Shown piece by piece: positions 1 through 12,555 of a stretch of DNA of 64,000 bases. Under the pieces are notes generated by a model, which did not search any database, was not told where the DNA came from, and saw nothing but the letters and a program-made list of their open reading frames with translations. Positions within the stretch are counted from its first letter, which is position 1. Each line of letters begins with the position of its first letter. The position numbers and the translations under genes were made by a program. The DNA is taken from NCBI RefSeq assembly GCF_004010195.1, contig NC_057719.1:65689702-65753701 (forward strand). The letters are read 5' to 3'. Source of the DNA: Chiloscyllium plagiosum (lineage: Eukaryota).

Positions 1-719
1 AGCCTTGGAAAAACAGAGGACGGTGATCTGCACCTTTGCATCCCATCGCATTCCTCTGCATCAAATGCAGCTAAGACTACCATAACAGAATTGAGCTCTT
101 GACCAGACTAGTGGCTTATAAAAGACTTGACCACCCAAGGAGCAAACCATCACCTTAGAAGATGGAAGGTTTCCATATATATTGAGGTCTTAAAGGAAGG
201 TGTGTTCATTACTATCCACAAAGAAGAGGAAGAATGATCACTTAATCTTGTAATTGAATACAGGAGTCTGGCTGTTCTAACTAATCGGGCGTATAACAGG
301 GACCTTAAGTGCTCCAGGTTTCTCCAAGTAAAGAAAATTGCTCAAGGACCCTGTTTATTTACTAGCCATATGTAGTTATTCTTGAGAGTAACTTGAGAAT
401 AACATAGCAGGTCAGCCTGCTATGTGAAGTGCCATGGCCCTTATGGTGACAATCTTCTTACCTTGTAACAAAGAAAGACTGACAACCTGTGCCCATGGTC
501 ATGATGATGTATGACTTGAAGGCCCACTTGGATATGTTGTGTTCTTTTGCACCCACTGCTGTTATCCTTCCAAATGTTCAAGGTTGCAGGTTTAGGAGAT
601 GCGGTCAGAGAAACCTTAGACACTGTACGCCAATGGTAGGTAAAGTAATGAGCAGATGTTTATGATGATAAATGCCAATAAAACATACTGCTTTGCCCCT
701 GATAATGTCAAACCTTAAA

Positions 720-1500
720 GTGTTTTTGGAGCTGGACTCATCCAGACAAGTGAAGAGTATCAGAAAGACATATCAGAAAGAGAGTCATTTACTACAAAAT
801 GCTCAGCCTCACAGCTACCCTTTTTGCCCTGAAGGTTGTTAATTTGAGTTTCTGGACAATCCTACTCTTGAATGTCAAGAGGGATTAGACTTACTCTCAT
901 GAAAGTAGATCCGTATCTGAGACTCCTGTGGTTGAAGTGTTGCTTGCTACTTAACTATCTAATATTAGTTATTGACCAGATTTTGCTGCATGAAGGCAAA
1001 GACTGTTTAATCTTATGCAAACATTTCAAATGGAGCTGAACACCGCAATCATTAGTGAACATCTGTTTTATGATGGAAGAAGGTAATTGTTGAAGCAGTT
1101 GGAATTGGAATGGATCCCTAAGGAGTTCCTTCAACAATGTCATGGAGTTGATATGTACAGTTTCCAACAACCACAACCATCGCCCTTTGTGTTAGGTATT
1201 TCTCTAGCCAATCAAAACTTTATCCCCAACCACAGCTCTCTGTACCAGACTGCTAAATATTGCCTTGATGTCAAAGTGCAGTTATTCTACTTCATCTCTG
1301 GGATTTAGATCCATATTGGACAGAGACTGTAATGAACTCTGGACTGAGTGATTCTGGAAGAACTGAAACAAAGCAGTATTGAGCTAATGTTACTTAAAGC
1401 GCTGTTGATGTTTTGTTTTTCATTCCCATCACTTGTCTGATAACTGTGAATAGACGGTTAAGGTGATAACTGTCCGTCTTTGATTTGCCCTGCTGTTTTG
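720..1500 (-). mobile_element. Highly degenerate LINE (CR1/L2 clade) fragment
   Basis: 'ggagctggactcatccagacaagtgaagagtat' (~729) resembles 'ggagcttcactcatctaggcaagttgggattat' (~17922) in the LINE relic at 17.4-18.3 kb. No intact ORF. Confidence 0.5.
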
Positions 1501-1549
1501 TAAATATACATACTACTCAGGAAATTGTCAGTATTGCAGAAAGAAAGAA

Positions 1550-1910
1550 AATAACTTTCATTGATATTGCATGTTCACAACCACTGGATGTCTCAAAGTG
1601 CTTTATTGTTAGTGAAGTCATTGCTGTAATGGAGGAAATACAGCAGTCAATTTAATCACAGCAAACTCCTGCAAACAGTAATGTAGTAATAGCCAAATAA
1701 TGAATTGTTTAAGTGTAAACATTGGTCCAGACACTGGACCTTGTCGATTTTACTTTAAAATGATACCATATGATCTTTTACATCCATTAACAAGGGCAGG
1801 TTGGACCTCGGTTTAACTTTGCAATTGAAAGACCTCTCTTCTGATGGTGCTGTACTCTTCTTTTTTGTGCACACATTCTGGAGTGGGGTTTGAACCTGGA
1901 CCTCCTTGCT
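1550..1910 (-). mobile_element. Deu-domain SINE (SacSINE1/AmnSINE-like) relic
   Basis: Blocks recognised from the Deu-SINE consensus (ggatgtctcaaagtgcttta...cacagcaaactcc...acattggtccagacact...cctcggtttaac...gaaagac). Ends in a reverse-complement B-box (ggggtttgaacc). Confidence 0.65.
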
Positions 1911-2198
1911 GTATTATAAAAGCTAGGTTAGATGTCTACTGATGAAGCGGAGATCTTTGTTATTGCAGTTGGATATTGTTGGGGCTTGTGATCTTCTCGT
2001 GCTGGTGAATGCAATTATTGGATAACAGATGGAATAAATCAAATTGGCTAAAGCCTGGCATCTGTAATGGAGTGGGGGTGGACAATTGGGGATTGGGATG
2101 ACCTCACATGGTAATCCTTAAGGAACATCCAATGTGTATTTTTGTTGGGGTAAAGATGGCTGCAAATGGTTCAGCCTGCTTTTTGCTCTCATGTACTT

Positions 2199-2308
2199 TC
2201 TGAAGAAGGGTTACACCCAAAATGTTGACTACCCCTCCTCCTGATGCTGCCTGGCTTGCTTCCAGCCCCCTGCCTGTCTACTTTGGATTACAGCATCTGC
2301 AGTTTTGT
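2199..2308 (+). mobile_element. Short old Penelope-like 3' terminal fragment
   Basis: ctgaagaagggttacaccc...gatgctgcctggcttgcttccagc...cagcatctgcag matches the PLE termini repeated across the window. Confidence 0.6.
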
Positions 2309-3629
2309 TTTTGCCTTTTGTGCTCATGAGCTGGGTTTCACAATCACTGAGGGCAAGTAGCTATGTGTTGTTGTTTAATTAACCCACCATTATTTGTGTC
2401 CGAATGTGACAAATTATTTGGATCTAATTGTGATCTATTAATACTTTTGGAATGGAATTGAAAAATTAGGGACTGATGTGTGATGCCATGACATTTTAAC
2501 AGCCAAGTGATATTCACTATCAAGACTCATGCACCAACAACTCATAGCTGCTCAAGGTACTACAGTACAATGAGTTACAACAAAAATGCTCTACAATAGA
2601 GTCAAAGGAGTTGTTTATTTGTGTACTGAAAATCCATTCCAAAATAGCTCAGAACAAATGCAAATTCTAACAAAAGTGAACCATTAATACATTTGTAATT
2701 CAGTGAGGTTATTGACATTTTGCAATATTGCAAGCAAATGAAAAACGTAACTTTCCCATTTTTTTTCATAAAGATTATGCCCCTTAAAGCTTCATAATTC
2801 TTGCAGGTCATAAGCAGACAACTATTTCTATTTGAAAGAATATCGCTGAAAATAAAGATTTCTTGAATCAAGCCAATATTATTATTTTTAATTCATAAAC
2901 TGACAAAGACTCAGAATAATGATTTCTCCTGACTGCACAAATTAAATGAATTCAAGACAAACAGATTGGTGGTTGAAGAATCATATTGAATCTGCCTGAA
3001 ATATTTCTCTACAAGAGTTAGGGTTCTGAAGGACTTGTCTTTTATACTCGTTACATCTCCTGAAGGCTAGTTATCTGCCATATGGTTTCAGAAAATAAAT
3101 GAAAGTTTGACAAAGAGACAATATTATTACATATCACTATGTGTGGTCCAGATAATCATTAAGTAACATCTTAACCAGAGCTAATTCTTAATGACCCTAA
3201 TTCAAGTCTCCCACAGATACATGTACATTCAGCTGTCACAGCTTTGCCCTCAGCCACATAACTTAGCACAAGACCATGGGGAGGATTTTCTACTGAATGA
3301 TAATTTGTGTGCCTTGGGGCGTGGAAGAAAAATTTTATCCATTGCTTCATTTGGAGAAAGTCTTGGCCCAGACAACTGAACTTGAATATTTCAGAAATTA
3401 ACCTCAAACTACAATATCAAGCCTTCACAGATGCACAAATTTTGCATCCAGTATCTTAAATCAGCCCTTCAACTGCTTTTCAACTTCAGAAAAATATTGA
3501 AGTTGCTTTTTCAAATATAGCAGGTGCAGACACTTAAGACAGCAGTTAATGAACTTTTTGTCCCCCTAAAAGCAAATGTACTCTTATTCAAATGGGTTTT
3601 CTTCAAACACTTCCCCATCTTTTACACAG

Positions 3630-3845
3630 GCATTCACTTTCTCCTCACTCACCTTACTTGTTCACACTTTCTCACACCCACACTTCACTTTTCACACTTC
3701 CCTTCTATTTTCTCACATTCCCCTACTGTTTCCTTGGTCACACCTACTCACTTACTTTCTCACATTCTTTGATTTGCTCAACTTCTCACTTTCACACTTA
3801 CTCCCGGCTTCCTCACAATCACCCACTCTCCACTTCCTCATACTC
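3630..3845. repeat. Pyrimidine-rich low-complexity tract (ctcac/ttcac units)
   Basis: Repeated ctcac/ttcac motifs. Produces H/T/L/S-rich spurious ORFs in all three + frames. Confidence 0.7.
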
Positions 3846-4635
3846 AGGGCCCAATTTATCCCTCCCTGGGGGTAGCAAGGAAGATGGGAGGTTGGGGAAT
3901 TAATGAGGCGAGTTAGCCTTAGGAAGATATTTGTGCCAGTTTTGCCAGTTCAGCAATTAAGTGTCGGGTGAGAAAGTCCACTAGTGACCTTCTCAACTCA
4001 TCAGAAATTAAAGACTTTAAATGTTTAATTCAAGGCCATAAAGTGCCTCCACACAACAAGGGGCTGATGATTTGCCTTCCCATTAGTGAAAAACCTGCCT
4101 GCCAGGTAGGTGAGGCTGCCATTTAACCCCAATACGTGGCCAATCAGGGACATGGATGGGTGGACAAAGTTCAAAATCACACAACACCAGGTTATAGTCC
4201 AACAGGTTTAATTAGAAGCAATATTTTTCGGAGCGCTGCTCCTTCATCAGATGGTTGTGGAGTAAAAGATCGTAAGTCACAGAATTTGTAGCAAAAGTTT
4301 ACAGTGTGATGTAACTGAAAATTATATATTCACATTTACCTGGATTGTTTGTTAAGTCTCTCATCTTTTAAAATGAACATGTTGGTTTCAGTTCTTTCAT
4401 ATGTAAATCGCAGAACTTTTATAAAGTTATATTCTCAAGTGAACTTTAACAATTGATGTCATGACGGCCCAGATAATGCATAGAAGGTGTGAAGTGCCCT
4501 GTGTGAGACTGTCTGTGCCACAATGTTCAGACTGATTCTAATCTAAGAAATGGATTTACTGATTCTTACATGGATTCATGCAGTTTTTAAGCAAAATAAA
4601 ATGTAATTCTGTAAGGACAAATTCACCCCACAAAC

Positions 4636-4835
4636 GTGTGTGTGTATGTGTGTTGGGGGGGTGGTTTATGAGTGTCTGTGAGAGAGTGTGTGTATGTGTG
4701 TGAGTGTGAGTATAAAGGTGTATAAGTCTGTGAGATTGTGCATGTGTGCTTGTGAGCGTGGGAGTATATGTGTGAGCGTATGAGAGCTTGTGTATGAGAG
4801 AGGGTCTATGCATCTGTCTGTATCTGTGTGTGTAA
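4636..4835. repeat. Degenerate (TG)n/(GA)n microsatellite in the PLE 3' UTR
   Basis: gtgtgtgtgtatgtgtg...gagagagtgtgtgtatgtgtgtgag. Confidence 0.85.
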
Positions 4836-4845
4836 TGCAGTGGGG

Positions 4846-5112
4846 TCACCTGTAGAGCAACATGAACCCAAGGTCCCGGTTGAGGTCATCTCCATGGGTA
4901 CCGAACTTGGCTATCAGCTTCTGCTTGGCCACTTTGCGTTGTTGCCTGTCCCGAAATCCGCCCTGAAGGACGGTCACCCGAAGGTCCGAGGTTGAATGTC
5001 CCAGACCGCTAAAGTGTTGTCCGAATGGGAGGGAACACTCCTGTCTGTTGATTGTTGTGTGGTGTCCATTCATCCATTGCTTTAACCTCTGCTCGGTCTC
5101 GCCAATGTACAT
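4846..5112 (-). pseudogene. GIY-YIG endonuclease fragment of PLE family B
   Basis: YIGETEQRL...MNGH...HF...EQ-like KQKLIAKFGTHGDDLNRD. The N-terminal VVYLI-C--C part lies frameshifted just upstream (5115-5150). Confidence 0.85.
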
Positions 5113-5229
5113 GCCTCAGGGCATCCTTGCCTGCAGCATATGAGATAGACAACGTTGGCTGATTCTCAGGAGTAGTTTTTCCTCTCCAGATGTCCCCAAC
5201 AGTACCCTTCCACCGACACTCTCATTTGT

Positions 5230-6062
5230 TTGGCCGAACTGGTCCTCACCCATAACAATTTCTCCTTAGAATCCTCCCACTTCCTCCAGAGCAAAGTGGT
5301 AGCCACGGGCACACGTATGGGCCCCAGCTATGCCTGTCTCTTTGTTGGCTACGTAGAGCAGTTGATCTTCTGTAATTACACCGGCACCACTCCCCACCTC
5401 TTCCTCCGCTACATTGATGACTGCATTGGCGCCACCTTGTGCTCCCGGGAGGAGGTTGAGCAATTCATCAACTTCACCAACACATTCCACCCTGACCTTA
5501 AATTTACCTGGACCATCTGTGACACCTCCCTTCCCTTCCTGGACCTCTCCATCTCCATTGATGACGATCGACTTGACACTGACATTTTTTACAAACCCAC
5601 CGACTCCCACAGCTACCTGGATTACACCTCTTCCCACCCTACCTCTTGCAAAAATGCCATCCCGTATTCCCAAATCCTCCGCCTCTGCCGTATCTGCTCC
5701 CATGAGGATCAGTTCCGCCACAGAACACACCAGATGGCCTCCTTCTTTAGAGAACGCAATTTCCCTTCCCACATGGTTAAAGATGCCCTCCAACGCATCT
5801 CAGCCACATCCCACACCTCTGCCCTCAGACCCCACCGCTCCAACCGTAACAAGGACAGAACGCCCCTGGTGCTCACCTTCCACCCTACCAACCTTCGCAT
5901 AAACCAAATCATCCGCCGACATTTCCGCCACCTCCAAAAAGACCCCACCACCAGGGATATATTTCCCTCCCCACACCTTTCCGCCTTCCGCAAAGACCGT
6001 TCACTTCGTGACAACCTGGTCAGGTCCACGACCCCCTACAACCCACCCTCCCATCCTGGCAC
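5230..6062 (+). pseudogene. PLE reverse transcriptase (C-terminal half), uninterrupted up to the gap
   Basis: YIDD catalytic motif plus thumb motifs. About 277 codons without a stop before the N run. Confidence 0.85.
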
Positions 6063-6162
6063 NNNNNNNNNNNNNNNNNNNNNNNNNNNNNNNNNNNNNN
6101 NNNNNNNNNNNNNNNNNNNNNNNNNNNNNNNNNNNNNNNNNNNNNNNNNNNNNNNNNNNNNN
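6063..6162. other. Assembly gap (100 N)
   Basis: Run of exactly 100 N. Compared with the copy at 38.2-38.55 kb, it replaces the GIY-YIG region. Confidence 0.99.
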
Positions 6163-6433
6163 ACTTCAACCCCAGGGCATCAATGTGGACTTCAACAGTT
6201 CCCTCATTTCCCCTTCCCCCACCTCACCCTAGCTCCAAACTTCCAGCTCAGCACTGTCCCCATGACTTGTCCTACCTGCCTAACTTATTTTCCACCTATC
6301 CACTCCACCCTCCTCCCTGACCTATCACCTTCATCCCCTCCCCCACTCACCTATTGTACTCTATGCTACTTTCTCCCCACACCCACCCTCCTCTAGCTTA
6401 TCTCTCCACCCTTCAGTCTCTCTGCCTTTATTC

Positions 6434-6462
6434 CTGATGAAGGGCTTTTGCCCGAAACATCG
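6434..6462 (+). ncRNA. Minimal hammerhead ribozyme-like core in the PLE terminal repeat
   Basis: CTGATGA-A-GGGC-TTTT-GCCC-GAAAC-ATC. Confidence 0.55.
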
Positions 6463-9400
6463 ATTTTACTGCTCCTTGGATGCTGCCTGAACTGCTGTGC
6501 TCTTCCAGCACCACTAATCCTGATTCTCATGAGTACCTGCCACATACATGGTGGGAGGTGTTCCCACATGTAATAGTGGTATCCATGTCCACACTCTGAC
6601 ACGTCTTGCAGCATCTACTGTGACAGGCTGTAGGGAGTTGCCTTGAAGGCCAGGCAGTTTGCTGCGAACAATGATCTGTTTGAGCTTTGATGGTTGTTTA
6701 AAGGCGAGCAGTGGAGGTGTGGGGAAGGTCTTTGGCGAGGTGCTCATCCTCATCGATAATGTGTTGCAGGCTGCGAAGAACGTGGCATTGTCTTTCAGCT
6801 CCTGGGAAATACTGAACAACGAAGGGTACCCTGTCGGTTGCAGCACGTGTCTGTCTCCTGAGGAGGTCATTACGGTTCCTTGCTGCTGTACGTCGGAACT
6901 GGCGGTTGATGAGTTGAGCATCGTACCCTGCTCTTATGAGGGCATCCCTGAGTACTTCCATGTGCCCGTCCCGTTCCTCCTTATCTGAACAGATCCTGTG
7001 CTGGCGTAGGACTTGTCCATAGGGGATGGCTGTTTTAATATATTTCAGGTGGAAGCTGGAGAAGTGTAGCATTGTGAAGCTATCCGTGGGTTTGTGGTAG
7101 AGTGAGGTGCTGTGGTGCCTATCCTTGATGGAGATGCATGTGTTCAAGAATGAGACAGATTGTAGAGAGTAGTCCATGCTGAGTTTGATGATGGGATGAA
7201 ACTCATAGATATCATTGTGTAGTTTTTTCAGTGACATCTCGCCATGAGTCCTGAGGAAGATAATGTCATCGATATACCTGGTGTATACTGAAAATGTTGA
7301 CGTATTGGGTGCAAATTTGGTCCCCATGGCTGTTCCTTGTGTCTGGATGAAGAACTGGTTTGACTGGTTGTCAAAGGTGAAAATATTGTGGTCGAGGATA
7401 AAACAGATGAGTTGTAGGTTGGTGCTCGGAGATTGGCGGTTGGTGGTGTTGAGTACTGAGGCTGTTACCAAAATGCCATCATTGCGGGGGATGCTGGAAC
7501 ATCCATCATGCTGAGGAATGTTCCCGGTTCAACTGGTCCATGGGTGCCGAGTTTCTGTAAGAAATCTGTCGTGTCGCAACAGAAGCTGGGGGTTCCCTGT
7601 TCAATGTGTTTCAAGGTGCCTTCAACATAGGCAGAGAGATTCTTACATTGGGTCCCATTGCCTAATATGATGGGACATCCTGGTGTTGTTGGCATTGTGT
7701 ATCTTCAGAAGGCAGTAGAAGTTGCCTACGCAAGAAATACGTGGCATGAGGGTGTGTAGGGAGCTCTAAAGGAACGGATCCAAAGTCCTGATCAATGTGT
7801 TTAGTTCGCGGGTGTGCTCTTTGGTCGGTTCGGCTGGTAGTTGCCTGTAGTGTTCCTGGTTGTTCAGTTGTCGGTACACTTATTTGCAGTAATCTGTTCT
7901 ATTCTGAATGACAATGGCTCCTCCTTTATCTGCTGGTTTGATGACAATGTTGTGATTGGTTTTGAGAGCATGAATGGCGACGCGTTGTGAACGGGTGATG
8001 TTTTGCTCTACCTTGTGGGTGTGGCTGATGAATCTAGCATGTATATATTTGCTGACAGTTTGTGCATACATGTCAAGCCCAGGGCAGTGGCCCTCCAGTG
8101 GGGTCTCAACACCAACAGCTTCCAATCTCCGAGCACCGTCCTACAACTCATCCGCTGTATCCTCAACCACAACATTTTCACCTTTGACAACCAGTTCTTC
8201 ATCAAGACACACAGAACAGCCATGGGGACCAAATTTGCACCCCAATATGCCATCATTTTCATCAAGGTTCAAACAAGACTTCTCTACACAGAATTTCCAA
8301 CCAACACGATACCCCAGGTACACTGATGACAGTTGTTTCCTCTGGATCCATGGCGAGGAGTCACTGAAAAAACTACATAGTGATATCAACGAGTTTAATC
8401 CAACCATCAAACTCATTGACCACCAGTTCCGACATGCCACAGTGAGAAATCGTAATGACCTCCTCAGGAGACAGGCACAAGCTGCAACTGACAAGGTACC
8501 CTTCATTGTCCAGTACTTCCCAGGAGCCGAAAGACGACGCCATGTTCTTCGCAGCCTGCAACACATTATCAATGAGGAATTAAACCTGCTGGACTATAAC
8601 CTGGTGGTTGTGTGATTTTTAACTTTGTGCACCTTGGTCCAAAACTGGAATCTCCAAATCATGGATGAGTGCAGTATGGAAAAAGATTCTAGAGATGTGG
8701 ATCCTGTATGTCCTTGCCTTCCCAGTTTCCCACTTGATTATTTCAGTATTAATCTTTCACACACAGCTTTTCACACATGCACTCACTTTTTTTATCATGA
8801 ACCCACTCACGCATACATGGAAAAAGTCAACCTTGAGGTTAAATTTGATTTCACTGCCACACAATCAATGGCCATTCCTTCAACACATCACTGTTCTAGA
8901 ATTCAGATTGTTGTATGTGGATCTGAAAGGGTTAATACTGAGACATACCATAAGCACCACCCATTATGATGATGTCATATGGATTTGAGGACAGAGCAGT
9001 TTATGCAGAGGATGATAGCAGCAATGTTCATCATGAGCAGCAGCACATTTGGCATTGTGAGCTGACATGCCCATAAAACATCCATTGTCAACCTTTTCAA
9101 GCCTTTCTTTAAAGACCCTCACCTTTAACCGTGTTTCTGTCCATTGATTCTCTTCTGAACCGTCAGTTCCACTCCCACAGGTTTTACTGTTCATGTGCAA
9201 TCCAAGTTTCCTGAGATGTCTTATTGTGTATGACGAGTTGTGCAGAAATGTGTGAGTTGGTTTTTTTTTCTGAAATATGCATCAATGGCAGGATAACCAA
9301 GAGTTCCATCTGTTCCATGTTCTTTCCTGTTCCTAAGCTGACAGTGCAGCAGAGGTTAAAAAAGAAACCCTCAGAAAGATCATATCGTTCAAAAGCTGCA

Positions 9401-11178
9401 AAGTAAAGTTTCAGAAGCGAACCCAAACTGAAGCTACAGGCAGAGTAGTACAGTATTGCCCTCATCAGAGTATTGGCACTTCTCGTATTCGACAACTGAT
9501 CCTTAGGCTTCATGTGAAAGCTGTTTAACATTTTATTCTGCGGCTTCACTCTCAGTGTAATCCTTTTGCTAACAGATGCACACGATAAATCTGATTTTAA
9601 GGAACTGATGGTTTATATGTTGGACAAATAGTTATCTTTGAAATATATACCACAAAATGTTGACTGAACTCTCAAATTTAACTCAGTTTTTCAGTGATCA
9701 ACAAATATTATCGTGTACGAATCTTTCATGTGTTAATTCATTCAAGTCTCCACCTTTAAACCATATTGGAAGTGGATACATTTTTAAAACACCAAATGTG
9801 AAATGTGTATAAAATTACTTGAATGCATATTTGGCTGTGCTAGGAATTTGCAAAAACATGCAGAAGAAATATACAATCTTTCAATATCTGGCATCAAGAT
9901 GGATCTTGTGGCCAGGAAAAGTATATCTGGGAGTATCATATAGCTGTTAACAGACTTGCACACAGTAAGGCATTGTATAAAGAGCTAAGGCATCTCTGAC
10001 TAAACGAACACTATTCATATTGAATGGAGAAAGTAGAATTTCAGAACAGCTGAAAACGAGTTCATTGTTGATTCAGACACCTTAGAGTTCAAAATATGTC
10101 CAAATAGATTGGATTTTAAATATTTCACCAGCATCTGTTTGTTAAATTATTTGTTTCATGATGTGAAAAAAGTTGCTCATTGGCATTTGTTTTTAAAAAA
10201 CTGAACTAATGGGACAGTAAGCAGTGCAATTATTTATAAAGAGGAAAAGCTATGAGTATGTGGACATAATTTGACCAAATGAATCCTTTATTCAATGCTC
10301 ACCAAGTTATATTGTAAGCTTTCTGAATGTAATGGATCCAGGATTGCGAATGTCCACTGAGCATGGCACAAAAACTCCCTTCAGTCTGGTCATTTTTTTT
10401 CCTGTAATTGAGAGTGTTTAAGATACAAAGCAACTTGCAATATGCAAATCAAGCAGCTGTGAGATTGTACCAGGACAGACAGAACCTGACCCACATTTCA
10501 AAGACAATATGCTGCAAGAGAATAACATTTAATGGGAGTGTTAAGTGATTTCATGAATCTGAAACTATATAGAATTATCGGTGGGAAGGTATTCCCAATC
10601 TGATACTCATTTTACAGAAATAGGCATTTCTTAGCCCGTCATGATTTTTCTTTTACAGATAGCTAGCACAGACAATATGGGAAGAAAGGCCTCTTTCTTT
10701 GATTCCCCATATTACTAAGATAAATCGTTTGCAGCTCCCTGTGGATTTGGACATTAATTTCCTGCAAGTTCAATTTGGAGTAAACCATTGAAAGAAGAGT
10801 GATTTGACATCATGCAAAATCAGACAAGCAGTTTGTGATTATTTTAATTGGCACAAAAATAGTTTCCTTTGGTCGGACAGAATCACATGAATGTTCAATA
10901 TGAGGTGCTCGGGGACTGCACAGGTAGAGACAGTTAGCAAAGGAGGCTGCGTCGATGTAGGAAAAGGAAAGCAGTGGAGCTGAAGGGCCAGGATGAGAAG
11001 ACATTTTCCAAATATACAGGGAATTGGTTAAATCAAGGTAATTTGCATGTACAGCAGGGAAATCTGAGTTAAACAGATTGTTGGTGGAAAGGAGTCAAGT
11101 ATCATGGCAAGTAAGAAAGTAAAGAGCATTATCAATGGCCAAGTAGGCGCAAGAAGCCAAATGGCCTACGTCTGCTAC

Positions 11179-11608
11179 TAGGCAAAGGTGTGTACTGTAG
11201 ATGCTGGAAACCAGAGTTTAGATCAGAGTGGTGCTGGAAAAGCACAGCAGGTCAGGGAGCAGGAAAATTGACATTTTGGGCAAAAGCCCTTCATCAGGAA
11301 TAGAGGCAGGAAGCTTCCAGGCTGGGGCAAAAGCCCTTCATCAGGAATAGAGGCAGGAAGCTTCCAGGGTGGGGCAAAAGCCCTTCATCAGGAATAGAAG
11401 CAGGAAGCTTCCAGGATGGGGCAAAAGCCCTTCATCAGGAATAGAGGCAGGAAGCTTCCAGGATGGGGCAAAAGCCCTTCATCAGGAATAGAAGCAGGAA
11501 GCTTCCTGCTCTATTCCTGATGAAGGGCTTTTGCCCGAAATGTCGATTTTCCTGCTCCTTGGATGCTGCCTGATCTGCTGTGCTTTTCCAGCACCACGCT
11601 AATCTAAA
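11179..11608. mobile_element. Palindromic PLE terminal insertion containing a 5 x 47-bp tandem array
   Basis: Inverted arms meet at gcaggaagcttcctgc (~11494-11509). Unit gggcaaaagcccttcatcaggaatagaggcaggaagcttccagg. TSD cctac(g/t)tctgctac at 11165-11178 and 11609-11622. Sits in an older CR1 3' end. Confidence 0.9.
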
Positions 11609-12555
11609 CCTACTTCTGCTACCGTTTTGTATGATTTTACCAACCCAAAATTTCTCGACCTATAAAGAATCCATTTTGATTCCGTCTCCCATTGTTTTCG
11701 TTAATTCCAGTTGATTCAAATTATGCGTATCTAGTTTTATTTTGTAACTTCAGGAATAGAATATTAAAGATACTCACTTTCAGATCTAGGTTCAGTACAA
11801 ATTGCAAGTGACTGTGTCTTCTTTGTAATATAAAGATTAAATAAACATTCAGCATTTCCCAGAGTGCAGGAGTAGAGGCCAGTTTTCCTCCACAAAATTC
11901 CTGAGTTGGCTACCTCTGATCTTTTGGGCTTTAGCCTAATGTATTCTGACCTTCATCTCACCAAAAATCTCTGCAGACCGCTGTCAAAAAGAATGCATTG
12001 AAGACAAAGTAAACATGAAGCTAATTTATAACAGTGTGTTAAGCCAATACTGCGAGGTTAGCCACTGAAAAATGTCTTCCTGCTCAAAATTTCTTTTCCT
12101 TCCTACATTCCCCCTCCCCTCTGTGGTACAACTGTAATGGCAGTTAACGTGGATTAATTAGAGAATACATTATTGAACTAAACATATATATAATTGATAC
12201 AACAGAGGAAATAGCTTTTATGGAAAGACATCATCTGATGAGTGTGTGATTAATCTCCTGTAAAATGCTTTGGGTAATTTTAAAAACACTATATAAAAGC
12301 AGGTTTTTGTTGATTGAAGTAGGGATTAAAAACATCTGGTTTTAAAATAAATGACTGACTCCATTCTTTCTGTTTTGCTACTTCCCTGCTATCAAGACAA
12401 AGCGGTTCCAAGGATTGGAAAGTACCAGCCAAACGTTGCTTGATAGTTATCATGAGTATTCCATGAGTCACCAAAGAGGTGTGGAAGTGCAGAGTGACCC
12501 AGAATCAAACTATATTGCACCTCAGAAGGAGGCCTCTCAGTCAACTGAGTTCATG

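Larger units (their letters stand above)
5175..6519 (+). mobile_element. Penelope-like retroelement, family A, 5'-truncated, nested in family B
   Basis: RT ORF from 5230 (NNFS, GTRMGPSYACLFVG, FLRYIDD, LPFLD, YKPTD, AIPYSQ). Terminal repeat ~6163-6519. TSD ctgattctca(g/t)gagta at 5159-5174 and 6520-6535. Confidence 0.92.
4163..8659 (-). mobile_element. Penelope-like retroelement, family B (RT + GIY-YIG), with an inverted terminal segment; interrupted by a family A PLE
   Basis: RT on - strand (FIQTQGTAMGTKFAP, YTRYIDDII, LYHKPTD, AIPYGQ; ORFs 6698-7471, 7465-7695, 7880-8125 with IKPADKGGAIV). GIY-YIG at 4846-5112. Terminal repeat at 4163 (-) and 8583-8659 (+). TSD catggatg(g/a)gtg at 4151-4162 and 8660-8671. 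Confidence 0.9.

Noticed and set aside
3524..3903. Three overlapping ORFs
   Set aside because: Low-complexity pyrimidine tract with no protein signature.
5266..5793. Antisense ORFs over PLE RT (also 37181-37561)
   Set aside because: Shadow frames of the C-rich RT coding strand.
5230..6396. 388-aa ORF as an intact gene
   Set aside because: It reads through 100 Ns. The part after the gap is out-of-frame terminal repeat, and the element is 5'-truncated.
8625..9549. Cluster of 60-120 aa ORFs in unique sequence as host exons
   Set aside because: No recognisable domain and no convincing splice-bounded frame. Small exons cannot be excluded without RNA data.
11276..11510. Tandem array as a CRISPR array
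   Set aside because: The units are contiguous with no unique spacers, derive from PLE termini, and lie in vertebrate-type DNA with no cas genes.
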